Part shown: positions 49,436-58,694 of the stretch, one piece after another
Layout of the letters: each line of letters starts with the position of its first letter
Numbering within the stretch: position 1 is the stretch's first letter
Assembly: GCA_001874305.1 (NCBI GenBank)
Contig: MPCU01000012.1
Coordinates: forward strand, 69,525 to 133,524
Length of the DNA stretch: 64,000 nt
Direction of reading: 5' to 3'
Source: Bacteriovorax sp. MedPE-SWde
Lineage (GTDB): Bacteria > Bdellovibrionota > Bacteriovoracia > Bacteriovoracales > Bacteriovoracaceae
Program-made: the position numbers and the translations under genes
The notes under the pieces: model-generated
The model's input: the letters and a program-made list of their open reading frames with translations, nothing else
Database searches by the model: none
What the model was told of the DNA's origin: nothing

Positions 49436-51130
49436 ATGTCTAGACATGGAAAATATGAGTACTGGTGGAGCTATTTAAAAGAGCATAAACTTATGTACTG
49501 TCTTGGTGTACTAACGGTCGTTGTTTGTAATATTAGTCAGGTATATTTTGCTAGAGCTATGGGACATATTGTTGATTTTTTCAGCGATAATGCAATTCCT
49601 GGTTGGCTAGTCCAAGACGATAAGAAATCGACATTTATTTTTCTCTTTCTCACAATTCTTATATCTAGAGTTTTTCTAATGTTAGGCAGAATGGGGTGGA
49701 GGTTAACTCTTGCAAGGCAAACTCATCAGGCCGCAGGAGATATGAAAGATAAGATTTGGAAGAATGCTAAATATTTTTCTACTGCAGACCTTGTGGATAA
49801 ATATCCTAAAGGTGTTCTCATGAACGCTGCAAATAGTGATGTTGGCCAAGCTCGATTTATTTTTGGGTTTACCTTAGTAGGTCTTATTGATGTTATATTC
49901 TTGGGTATTTTTACCTTAGTGAGTATGTTTCAAATTAACGCTTTATTAACTTTAGCATCTCTTCTCCTTTTAGGATTTACTCCAATCGCTATTAAGAAAC
50001 TATCAAAGATCGAAGTTGAAAACTATGAAAGAGCACAAAACTTTCTTTCAGAGTTTAATGATCTTTCCTCACAGGCCGTTGCAACGGTAAAGCTTCAGAA
50101 ATTAGGGCAGACTGCAAAATTTTGGTTTAAAAGACTCTATGCGAGTGCCAGTGAATATAGAGAAAGAAGATTAAGCGCTCATTATACTTCTCTTAAATAT
50201 ATTCCATATATTGGAATGACTTCTATTTTGGCCTATGTCGTTCTATTCTCTCTTGGAGTTTATCTCAATATAACAGGGCAACTTACTGTTGGTGAGTTTG
50301 TAGCAATGCAAGGACTTGTCTTTTTACTACAGGATCCTCTTGTTGAGCTTGGGTATATTATCTCTGACTGGCGAAAATCTGGTACTAGCTTACAGCGTTT
50401 AGAAAATATCTATCGAAACCCTAAAGAAGACTATTTATTACAAAGTGATTCAACAGATATCTCTGGGCAATCAGTTTATTCAATAGATAATTTAAAATTT
50501 AACTATGGTGATAATGTTATTCTCGATGGAATAGACCTTAGAATAAGCAAAGGTGATCGAATTGGTGTGACTGGCAAAATTGGCTCTGGAAAGTCTACTC
50601 TTGTTAATATTTTATCTGGTCTTGAAAGAGACTTTAGAGGTGATGTTAACTTCTATAATAAAGAATTTTCTAAGTACTCTCATCATGATCTTAGAGAACA
50701 TATCGTGTGCGTACATCAAAAGCCATTTCTCTTTGCTGACTCTATTAAATCTAATGTAGCAATGGATAGAGATATGACTGATGAACAAGTTTGGCATTTC
50801 TTATCAATGGCCGGACTTGGGCCTGAAGTTCTAGACTTTGAAGATGGACTAAATACTCAACTTGGTGAATGGGGAATTAATCTTTCAGGTGGACAAAAGC
50901 AGAGACTAACTCTTGCTAGGGCCCTGTCTCGAAAGCCTGAAGTTCTACTCTTGGATGATGGCCTCTCTGCTGTTGATACAGTAACAGAAGAAAAGATATT
51001 AAGTAATTTAAATAAGCAGCTTAAAGATACGACTATTATATGGGTGGCCCATAGGAAATCTACTTTAAAGTACTGTGATAAAATAATTGATTTGGATGGA
51101 CCATGTCTGGAAAAAACTATATTGCAATAG
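49436..51130 (+). CDS. ABC exporter, fused permease/ATPase (MdlA-like half)
   Basis: 6 TM + GKIGSGKST, LSGGQKQR, LLDDGLSAVD. Confidence 0.93.
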   Translation: MSRHGKYEYWWSYLKEHKLMYCLGVLTVVVCNISQVYFARAMGHIVDFFSDNAIPGWLVQDDKKSTFIFLFLTILISRVFLMLGRMGWRLTLARQTHQAAGDMKDKIWKNAKYFSTADLVDKYPKGVLMNAANSDVGQARFIFGFTLVGLIDVIFLGIFTLVSMFQINALLTLASLLLLGFTPIAIKKLSKIEVENYERAQNFLSEFNDLSSQAVATVKLQKLGQTAKFWFKRLYASASEYRERRLSAHYTSLKYIPYIGMTSILAYVVLFSLGVYLNITGQLTVGEFVAMQGLVFLLQDPLVELGYIISDWRKSGTSLQRLENIYRNPKEDYLLQSDSTDISGQSVYSIDNLKFNYGDNVILDGIDLRISKGDRIGVTGKIGSGKSTLVNILSGLERDFRGDVNFYNKEFSKYSHHDLREHIVCVHQKPFLFADSIKSNVAMDRDMTDEQVWHFLSMAGLGPEVLDFEDGLNTQLGEWGINLSGGQKQRLTLARALSRKPEVLLLDDGLSAVDTVTEEKILSNLNKQLKDTTIIWVAHRKSTLKYCDKIIDLDGPCLEKTILQ

Positions 51131-52905
51131 ATGATCAAGATGAAAGTGTCGTAAACAAGAAGCAGTATGCTGAATGGCGATCTTTTTTATTTTTAATGAA
51201 ATTCACTGAAGGTCTGAGGACTGGACTTTTTGTAGCACTGGGCCTACTTCTTATATACTCGGTGATGGCAATGCTATCTGGTTATGCCATGGGTGTATTG
51301 GTAGGAGAGGGACTTGCCAAGAAGAACTGGGATTTGACATATAAATGGTCTGCTATTGTACTTCTTGCTGAATTATTCGCTCTTAGCTTACATTATTATG
51401 GTCGAAAAATACTTACTCGTAATGCAAGTTTCGTAATCTTGAATATAAGAGAGACTCTCTTTAAAAAATTGTCCTCTCTACCTATGTCATTCTTTGATAG
51501 ATGGCCTCAGGGTCGTATCGTTACGAGGATGACCCATGATGTAGAAGGGGTTGAACAATTCTTTACTGCATCTTTGGGACGTATGCTCAATGCATTCTTT
51601 CTAGCCATGGCCGCGGCCGTTGCCATGTTAAGTAGTGATTTTAAACTTGGCACCATCTTAATCTTATCAATGATTCCTGCACTTCTTGTCGTTCTATTAA
51701 CTAGAACAAAAGTTAATATTATTAATAGAAAGATGAGTAAGCTTGCATCTGAAATAAACTCAAAGCTAAGCGAATATATTGATGGTCTCTATGTGATCAG
51801 GGCCTTTGGACTTGAAAAATGGTCTCAAGGAATTTTTTCTAAAAATGTTCAAGATCATGTTGATATTACTTTAAAGGCGAATACCTTCTATGGTTGGTCG
51901 AGACCCTTAGTTTCATTTCTTTGTAGTATGCCTCTTGTTCTTCTTGTCTGGTTTGGTGGATTAAAGCTAATGGAAGGTGTTATTACTCTTGCAGTCTTTG
52001 TCGCTTTTGTTAGATATGCTGAAAGATTCTTTGGTCCCGTGATGATGCTATTTAGAGAAGTTCACGTGATCCTACAGGCCTTTACTTCAGCCCAGAGGGT
52101 GGCAAATTTCTTAAGAGAAGATAGTGAAGCTGATCTTTTTATGAAAGGTGAAGTCTATCCAGGAAAGGCCATTTATGGTGATATTGAATTTAGAGATGTT
52201 TGGATGGGGTATAATGAAGATTCTTGGTCTTTAAAAGGTGTTTCATTTAAAGTTAAAAAAGGGGAGAAGATAGGAATTGTCGGAACGACTGGTAGTGGGA
52301 AAACTACAACTATTTCAATTCTTTCTCGCTTATATGACTTCCAAAAAGGTGATGTGCTCATTGATGGTCAATCTATAAAGGATTGGGATATTGCAAACCT
52401 TAGGGAACAAATAGGATTAGTTTCTCAAGATGTTATCATTTTTCAAGGAACTCTTAGAGATAACTTAACTGTAGACCCCGCTCTTAGCGATGAAGAAATT
52501 TTAAGAGTGGCAGAAATAACTGGTCTATCACTTGTTATGAAGAAAAATAACTTGGCCTTAAACGATCTTATTAAAGACGGTGGTGCCAATATGAGTGCGG
52601 GTGAAAAACAGGTACTTTCTTTAACAAGAACTTGTCTACTTAATCCTCATATCTTGATACTTGATGAAGCAACTGCGCATGTAGATCCTTATTATGAAAA
52701 AATCCTTCATGATGGAGTTGAAAATGTCATGGAAGATAAGACTTCATTTATAATTGCGCACAGACTAGATACAATTAAAGAGTGTGATAGAGTGCTTGTA
52801 TTCTCTGACGGTAAACTTGTCGAAGTTGGTAGTCCAGATGGACTTATGGATGAGAAGGGTGTTTTCTTTGGATTAACGCAGGCCCAAGAGTTTGTTGAGT
52901 CTTAG
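51103..52905 (+). CDS. ABC exporter, fused permease/ATPase (MdlB-like half)
   Basis: 6 TM + GTTGSGKTT, MSAGEKQ (non-canonical signature), ILDEATA, IAHRL; heterodimer partner of upstream gene. Confidence 0.93.
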   Translation: MSGKNYIAIDDQDESVVNKKQYAEWRSFLFLMKFTEGLRTGLFVALGLLLIYSVMAMLSGYAMGVLVGEGLAKKNWDLTYKWSAIVLLAELFALSLHYYGRKILTRNASFVILNIRETLFKKLSSLPMSFFDRWPQGRIVTRMTHDVEGVEQFFTASLGRMLNAFFLAMAAAVAMLSSDFKLGTILILSMIPALLVVLLTRTKVNIINRKMSKLASEINSKLSEYIDGLYVIRAFGLEKWSQGIFSKNVQDHVDITLKANTFYGWSRPLVSFLCSMPLVLLVWFGGLKLMEGVITLAVFVAFVRYAERFFGPVMMLFREVHVILQAFTSAQRVANFLREDSEADLFMKGEVYPGKAIYGDIEFRDVWMGYNEDSWSLKGVSFKVKKGEKIGIVGTTGSGKTTTISILSRLYDFQKGDVLIDGQSIKDWDIANLREQIGLVSQDVIIFQGTLRDNLTVDPALSDEEILRVAEITGLSLVMKKNNLALNDLIKDGGANMSAGEKQVLSLTRTCLLNPHILILDEATAHVDPYYEKILHDGVENVMEDKTSFIIAHRLDTIKECDRVLVFSDGKLVEVGSPDGLMDEKGVFFGLTQAQEFVES

Positions 52906-52919
52906 GCCTTATTTTATTT

Positions 52920-53399
52920 TTATTTAAAAGACTTGATTACTTTATAAGTTGAAGGGGATAGGTACTCACTATATTCATCCCATATTGCTCTGGCATCTTC
53001 AATTGTTGAGTTGGCATTTAGTTCGTGAGTTACTTCTTCAAATAATGCATTTACCTCTGCAACTTCACTATTATAAATATTCAGATCATGTTTTGAAACT
53101 CCTAACTCAACGGCCTGGTCTGGGCCTAGCTCAGAAAAAGTTACTGTTGATGTTTCACTGTCTAACATTACTATTCCAGCGATAATTCCTATTCCAAAAA
53201 TATTAAGGCAAGCAAACTCGTGGCATAAACCAATTTCATCACCAACAAATACTCCTACATATCCAACTCCTGGTGCTGCTAGTCCTGCTAATGCTAATGG
53301 AGCATTACCTGTGGCAACTCCAACAATTGCGTGAGATTTTACAACCGGAATTGTCATCATTAATAAGCAAAGTGATATTGTGCGAAATATATTCTTCAT
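52920..53399 (-). CDS. Secreted protein with Gly/Ala-rich hydrophobic segment and acidic helical tail
   Basis: GGAGGAG RBS, signal peptide, GxxxG-rich stretch. Confidence 0.75.
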   Translation of the reverse strand: MKNIFRTISLCLLMMTIPVVKSHAIVGVATGNAPLALAGLAAPGVGYVGVFVGDEIGLCHEFACLNIFGIGIIAGIVMLDSETSTVTFSELGPDQAVELGVSKHDLNIYNSEVAEVNALFEEVTHELNANSTIEDARAIWDEYSEYLSPSTYKVIKSFK

Positions 53400-53521
53400 G
53401 GTCTCTCCTCCAGGTTTTTATCTAGGGGAGTTATAGCGAATGTATTTGGTCGATTCAATTGAACTTGTTGACGAAATTCACTAAGAATTGTCAATATTAC
53501 AAATTACTGCTGTAAATCTAG

Positions 53522-54652
53522 CTATTTAGAACATCTGATTTTGTGGTTCTTTAGGGATTTATTCCATCTCTTGCAGAACTTTGAAGCACTTTTAAATTTT
53601 AAATCTCTAAAATCTCTTTTAATATGTGCTTGGTAGCTTGCAATAACCCCTGTTCTATAATTAGGTTTTATTTTATCTAACTCACTTAGAAAGGCATCCC
53701 AAAATACCTTTGAATTCTTTGCTTCGTCATTCTCTAAATATGCTAGTGATATATAATAGAGGCTTGGAAGGTAGTATAGTTTATGATCAAAGATTCTTTT
53801 GTCGTCTAAGATTCTTCTAAAACCTTGGATAGAGTTTTTGATATTCATTTCTTTCAAGCTTAGAGTCGCTATCATTTGTATATCTAGCATATCTGAAAGG
53901 TATTTCATGTCTTCAATCTCTTTGTTTTCTTTAGCATTAAGTTTGTCTATGACGGCCTCAGCAGTTCTCTCTATTCCTGATTGAAGATAATTAAAAACTC
54001 CTTCAAATAGAATTTCACTAAAATGTTTTCCCGGAAGTTTTTCTTGTAACTTTAGCCTCGCTTCTTTTATTTTATTCTGTCTTAAATATATCCTCGTAGT
54101 TGCGGCCGATCTCATTGGACCAAACCATTGTTCTCCAACTGTCATGAGGCCAAAGAATGCTTTAAATCTATAATCGTTAATCATTTTAATAAGGTCGTTT
54201 ATTCGTTTCTTCCTTTTTGGAGTTTCTTTTAAGTTTGATAGGGCATGTGCTTCTAGTTCCCACATCATTATTCCTATAATATATTTTCCTCTATTTTCTG
54301 ACTCTTGGGCCTCTTTTAATAGCTTTTCGTTTTGATTTGTCTCTAGGAAGTACGCACTTCTTTGATTATGAAGAATATGGAATTGGTCCTTACCGCTTGA
54401 CTCATCTTGTAGAGCGTCGAAGCATTCGTTGAGCTTATCAAACTCGTACCTGTAAAGTAGACTTAGACAAAGATAGACAAGCGTCTCTTGACTACCATCT
54501 TTATAGGTATCATATGAATCTAAAAATAAGGCCTCTGATGCTTTGGGGTAACCTGAGTGGGTCTTCTTTAACATTTTCATGTCTAAGGTTGCACAAGATG
54601 TCATAACGAAGTTAAGCACTAGAAAAGTTATTCCATAAAAACCATTTCTCAT
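53522..54652 (-). CDS. Helical-repeat hypothetical lipoprotein
   Basis: Lipobox MTSC; TPR-like helices. Confidence 0.65.
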   Translation of the reverse strand: MRNGFYGITFLVLNFVMTSCATLDMKMLKKTHSGYPKASEALFLDSYDTYKDGSQETLVYLCLSLLYRYEFDKLNECFDALQDESSGKDQFHILHNQRSAYFLETNQNEKLLKEAQESENRGKYIIGIMMWELEAHALSNLKETPKRKKRINDLIKMINDYRFKAFFGLMTVGEQWFGPMRSAATTRIYLRQNKIKEARLKLQEKLPGKHFSEILFEGVFNYLQSGIERTAEAVIDKLNAKENKEIEDMKYLSDMLDIQMIATLSLKEMNIKNSIQGFRRILDDKRIFDHKLYYLPSLYYISLAYLENDEAKNSKVFWDAFLSELDKIKPNYRTGVIASYQAHIKRDFRDLKFKSASKFCKRWNKSLKNHKIRCSK

Positions 54653-54779
54653 AATACCCTCTCGGTTATGGGTAGTTTAGCATCTCTATATTCTTGGTTG
54701 TGATTTTATGAACTTTGAAAGACTTATGGGCTAAAGCTATATTTACTCTTAATTTTTACGGAAGGGATGTGCAAAAAAA

Positions 54780-54803
54780 AGGCCCTCTTTTTTTTGAGGG
54801 CCT
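54780..54803 (-). terminator. Intrinsic terminator of idh
   Basis: Minus strand AGGCCCTC-A8-GAGGGCC followed by an 8-T run. Confidence 0.85.
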
Positions 54804-54808
54804 CTATA

Positions 54809-55813
54809 TTATAATCTTTCTAGAACTGCTGCTGTGAAATCTGTTGTTCCCGAGTTACCACCCAGGTCTGCTGTACATCTGTCTTTATTTTTAATTACAT
54901 CTGCAATAGCATTTCTTAGTCTTTCTGCTTTATCTGCCATATCTAAGTGATCTAGCATAAGTGCCGCTGCTAGCATAAGTGATGATGGGTTTGCTAGGTT
55001 CTTTCCTGCAATGTCTGGAGCAGATCCATGTACCGCTTCAAATATTGCGACATCGTCTCCAATATTTGCACCAGGCGCCATTCCTAGTCCACCAACTAGT
55101 CCTGCACATAAATCAGATACAATATCACCAAATAGGTTAGTGGTTACAATCATATCAAATTGATTAGGATTCATGACTAATTGCATACAAGCATTATCTA
55201 CAATCATTTCTTTTGATTCAATATCAGTATTCTTTTTAGCAGCTTCTCTTGCCATGCTTAGAAATAATCCTGAAGTCGATTTAAGGATATTGGCCTTATG
55301 AAATGCATGAATTTGTTTTCTACCTTTCTTTCTTGCAAGGTTATAGGCAAAGTTTAAAACTCTATCACACCCTTTCTTAGTCACTACAGATTTAGACTCA
55401 GCTGTTTCACCGTCTTCTGATACAACTTGTCCAGCTCCACAGTAGAGACCTTCAGTATTTTCTCTGATAGTTAGAATATCAATATTTTCATATCTAGCTT
55501 TTGTACCTTCATAAGTTACAACAGGTCTTACGTTTGCATAGAGGTCAAACTTTCTTCTAAGAGTTACATTAATAGAAGTGAATCCTCCACCACTAGGTGT
55601 TGTTAATGGACCTTTTAGAGCAATTTTATTCTTTGCTATCAGGTCGATTGTGTCTTGTGGAAGAAGGTCATTCCCCTTATCAAGAGAAGTTATTCCCGCT
55701 TGCGCATATTCATACTCAAAGTCACACTCTAGTTTCTTAAGTACTTCAATTGTTGCTTCTGTTAGGCTTGGTCCAATCCCATCACCTGGGATTACAGTAA
55801 TTTTAGTTGACAT
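54809..55813 (-). CDS. Isocitrate dehydrogenase, short NAD-dependent (IDH3-like) type
   Basis: IPGDGIGP, KGPLTTP, SINVTLR, RENTEG, HKANILK, NLFGDIVSD, EAVHGSAPDIAG; start moved to ATG 55813. Confidence 0.85.
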   Translation of the reverse strand: MSTKITVIPGDGIGPSLTEATIEVLKKLECDFEYEYAQAGITSLDKGNDLLPQDTIDLIAKNKIALKGPLTTPSGGGFTSINVTLRRKFDLYANVRPVVTYEGTKARYENIDILTIRENTEGLYCGAGQVVSEDGETAESKSVVTKKGCDRVLNFAYNLARKKGRKQIHAFHKANILKSTSGLFLSMAREAAKKNTDIESKEMIVDNACMQLVMNPNQFDMIVTTNLFGDIVSDLCAGLVGGLGMAPGANIGDDVAIFEAVHGSAPDIAGKNLANPSSLMLAAALMLDHLDMADKAERLRNAIADVIKNKDRCTADLGGNSGTTDFTAAVLERL

Positions 55814-55886
55814 GAATGCTCCAATAAATTGTTTGCTTAGAGTTATCATGTGTAGTGAATGTTGGCAATTGTGGGGAGCTTAATAG

Positions 55887-55911
55887 ACCGGTGTCCTGAA
55901 CAGACACCGGT
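55887..55911 (-). terminator. Hairpin after FKBP gene
   Basis: ACCGGTGTC-CTGAACA-GACACCGGT perfect 9-bp stem. Confidence 0.6.
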
Positions 55912-55918
55912 TATTTAT

Positions 55919-56533
55919 TTACTTAATATTTAAAAGTTCTACATCAAAGATAAGTGTTGCTCCTGGACCAATTGCCGGTGGTGCACCTTGATCACCATAA
56001 GCTAGTGATGAAGGAATAAATAGTTGCCACTTTGAACCTTCAGTCATTAGCTGAAGAGCTTCAGTCCAACCTGCAATTACTCTATTTACTGGGAATGTTG
56101 CAGGAGTTCCTCTTTGGTATGAAGAATCAAAAACTTCTCCATTGATAAGACGACCTTCGTAATGTGCTTCAATTTCATTTTCAGCAGTTGGCTTATTTCC
56201 TGTACCTTCTGTAAGTACTTTATACTGAAGTCCACTTGGAAGAGTTTGAACTCCCTCTGCACTTTTGTTTGTCTCAAGAAATTTCTTTCCTTCTTCAACA
56301 TTTGCAGATGCCGCTTCTTTCATCATTTCAGCTTGCTTTGCTTGCATAATAGTTTGAAAAGAAGTCATTACTTCTTGAATTTCTTCCTGTCCCATTTCAC
56401 TTGGCTCTCCAGCAAATGCTGATGAAAGTGAAGAACAGAATGTTTCCATATCTGCTTGAATACCTTGATTCTTAAGGTCAGAACCAATTTGTTGTCCTAG
56501 AATATAACTTACTTTTTTCCAATCAATACTCAT
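55919..56533 (-). CDS. FKBP-type peptidyl-prolyl isomerase (FklB/Mip-like, no signal peptide)
   Basis: KVSYILG dimerisation helix, SGLQYKVL, FDSS, VIAGWTEAL, LIFDVELL. Confidence 0.95.
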   Translation of the reverse strand: MSIDWKKVSYILGQQIGSDLKNQGIQADMETFCSSLSSAFAGEPSEMGQEEIQEVMTSFQTIMQAKQAEMMKEAASANVEEGKKFLETNKSAEGVQTLPSGLQYKVLTEGTGNKPTAENEIEAHYEGRLINGEVFDSSYQRGTPATFPVNRVIAGWTEALQLMTEGSKWQLFIPSSLAYGDQGAPPAIGPGATLIFDVELLNIK

Positions 56534-56598
56534 AAAATCTCCTGTGAGTTAAGCAGAAGTTATATCATTACTAGGCATTGATTAAAAATCACTTTGCG

Positions 56599-57669
56599 TC
56601 ATTTGAGGGGGATTTTCTCTTTGAGGAGCTCTTTATTCTCTTGAAACCAAGTATCTGTGTCCCAGTTCTTTAGAATTGTTTCTCTTTCTGAACTGTCAAA
56701 GCTAACTTTGTTATTTATAATATTTGAAAAGCTTCGGGTAAAGTTTTCTAAGTCAGATTCTACAATATTTACTGATTCAATTCCTTCTCTTCCTAGAGGT
56801 GTCGAAAGGACTATCCCATTTGTCATTAGAGCTTCAACTATCTTAAGTCTTGTACCACTTCCATGTTGAAGAGGAACAAGGTGTAAGTATGACTCTGCAA
56901 AAAGGGCCGATACCTCATTGTGGTCGAGATTTTCTCGAAGAGTGAAGTTTGATTTCTTTATCATTTCTCTTTGTTCATTACTCGGATTTCTACCTGCGAT
57001 AATAAACTCAAAGCTTTTGAGGTGCTCTGTATTTATAACTGAGTTAAATTCATTACAGAGGTATTTAACAGCTTCAACATTTGGGAAATAATCTAGAGTA
57101 CCAATAAAGAGGATTTTATTTTTATCTTTGGCCGTATAGTAGTTATCTTTATTTATAAGGTTAGGTACCGTTATTACCTTTTCTCTCAGCTTAGGTCTCT
57201 TGGCGATTAGTATAGACCTTTCTCTTTCACTGCAAACTAATGTTAAATCACTATTTTGAATCATATTCATTTCATGATTTTCAAAGTTCTTCTTGTAAAA
57301 ACTATCTTCTCTTCCGTAGAAGTTTTCAAATTCTAAGTTGTGTGCATTGAAAATTGTGAAGGGTCTCTTTGTATTTCCTTTTAACTTCCAGTTAAATTGT
57401 CTGAGGTTATCAAGGTGAACAATGGGATTGTCCTCAACAACTATTTCTTTTCGTTTTAATAGGATAAATGGGTTCTTACCAAAGAGTAGTAGTTCAAGAT
57501 AGCTCTTAACACTAAATACTTCAGTAGCATCATCATTAAACTTATCTGATAACTCTAGGCCTAGAAGTTGATAGATTCTTCTTATGGCCGTAATTCTGAG
57601 ATGTGCACCACCAAATTTTGTAGACTTATCCAGGGATGAAATGAAGTTTAGTTTCACCTTTATTACCAA
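56599..57669 (-). CDS. GT4-family (GT-B) glycosyltransferase
   Basis: NAHNLE, FIGTLDYFPN, GSGTRLKIVEAL, STPLGREG. Confidence 0.88.
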   Translation of the reverse strand: MVIKVKLNFISSLDKSTKFGGAHLRITAIRRIYQLLGLELSDKFNDDATEVFSVKSYLELLLFGKNPFILLKRKEIVVEDNPIVHLDNLRQFNWKLKGNTKRPFTIFNAHNLEFENFYGREDSFYKKNFENHEMNMIQNSDLTLVCSERERSILIAKRPKLREKVITVPNLINKDNYYTAKDKNKILFIGTLDYFPNVEAVKYLCNEFNSVINTEHLKSFEFIIAGRNPSNEQREMIKKSNFTLRENLDHNEVSALFAESYLHLVPLQHGSGTRLKIVEALMTNGIVLSTPLGREGIESVNIVESDLENFTRSFSNIINNKVSFDSSERETILKNWDTDTWFQENKELLKEKIPLK

Positions 57670-58694
57670 AGTGATTCTGTTGTAAGAACTCCATGGGCCA
57701 TATTAATTTTTAACGGAGTAACTTCATTAATAGAAAGTGCCTGCATATAACCAAGTACTAAGGCCAGATTTGTAACATCTGTCGCAGCATACTTTGAGTC
57801 AATCTTCTTATCATTAAGCTTTGCTCTTTTTAATAAGGTCTTTAAGAGATTGGTTTGATTATACTTCTTCTTACCAAGTTGTCCTCTAACTGAGTAATAG
57901 TGGACTCCACCAACTCCAATAACTTGGTGGCCCTTAAGCTGTCCAAGTAGAGGTCTTGCATCTTTTGTTGCGTAATCTCTTGCCATAGACATTGAGTTTA
58001 CAGCAGTTTTCTTTCCAAGAGGATTAGGTGACTTTCTTTTCTTCTTATAGAACTTTTTTAAGAGCTTATTTTTAAAACTTACTGAAGCAAGTTTTCCTAG
58101 GTAGATTGTTTTTTCTTTTCCCTCAGATGGTTTTACTATTTGCATACTTCCGCCGCCAATATCCCAGACAGCGATAGGCTTAGAAGTAATCTTTCCAGAT
58201 GTTTTGGCCATAGACATGGCCGAGTTATATCCAAACAGAGCTTCATCTTCTTGAGTGATTACTTTAATTCTAAACTTTACTGATTTCTCAATTTTTGACT
58301 TAGTTTCAGTAGCGTTAGAAGCTGTTCTAAAAGCTGATGTTGCTACAGCTCTAATTTTCTTAGCACCTTGAGATGTCGCTAAGAATCTAAGTTCATTTAG
58401 ACCTTTAATGGCCTTGGCGGTAATATCGTTATTAAATAAATTTTTCTTGTTTCTTTGGAGTGCTTCTTTAAAAGGTATTGCTCGTTGTGCTTCAAATACA
58501 ACATGATCAATGGTTCTTTGACATGTATTAACAAGTGCAACTACTAACTTAGAGGTTCCTGAGCCAATGTCTATGGCCCCTCTTTTTTCAAAACATGAGC
58601 TATTAGTATGCTCAGATTGTTGAGTGATTGCGCAACTTGATATTGTTAATAGTATAAATAGAGCAATAAAACTTCTAACGATAAACAAATGCAT
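57663..58694 (-). CDS. Lipoprotein Ppx/GppA-fold (ASKHA) phosphatase
   Basis: Lipobox ISSC; DIGSGTSK, ATSAFR, EDEALFG, DIGGGSMQ. Confidence 0.85.
   Translation of the reverse strand: MHLFIVRSFIALFILLTISSCAITQQSEHTNSSCFEKRGAIDIGSGTSKLVVALVNTCQRTIDHVVFEAQRAIPFKEALQRNKKNLFNNDITAKAIKGLNELRFLATSQGAKKIRAVATSAFRTASNATETKSKIEKSVKFRIKVITQEDEALFGYNSAMSMAKTSGKITSKPIAVWDIGGGSMQIVKPSEGKEKTIYLGKLASVSFKNKLLKKFYKKKRKSPNPLGKKTAVNSMSMARDYATKDARPLLGQLKGHQVIGVGGVHYYSVRGQLGKKKYNQTNLLKTLLKRAKLNDKKIDSKYAATDVTNLALVLGYMQALSINEVTPLKINMAHGVLTTESLW

Noticed and set aside
53504-53515. TTAC-N4-GTAA (also at about 3223) as an SOS/LexA-type box
   Set aside because: Only two occurrences in an AT-rich background, and neither precedes a DNA-repair gene, so chance is sufficient.
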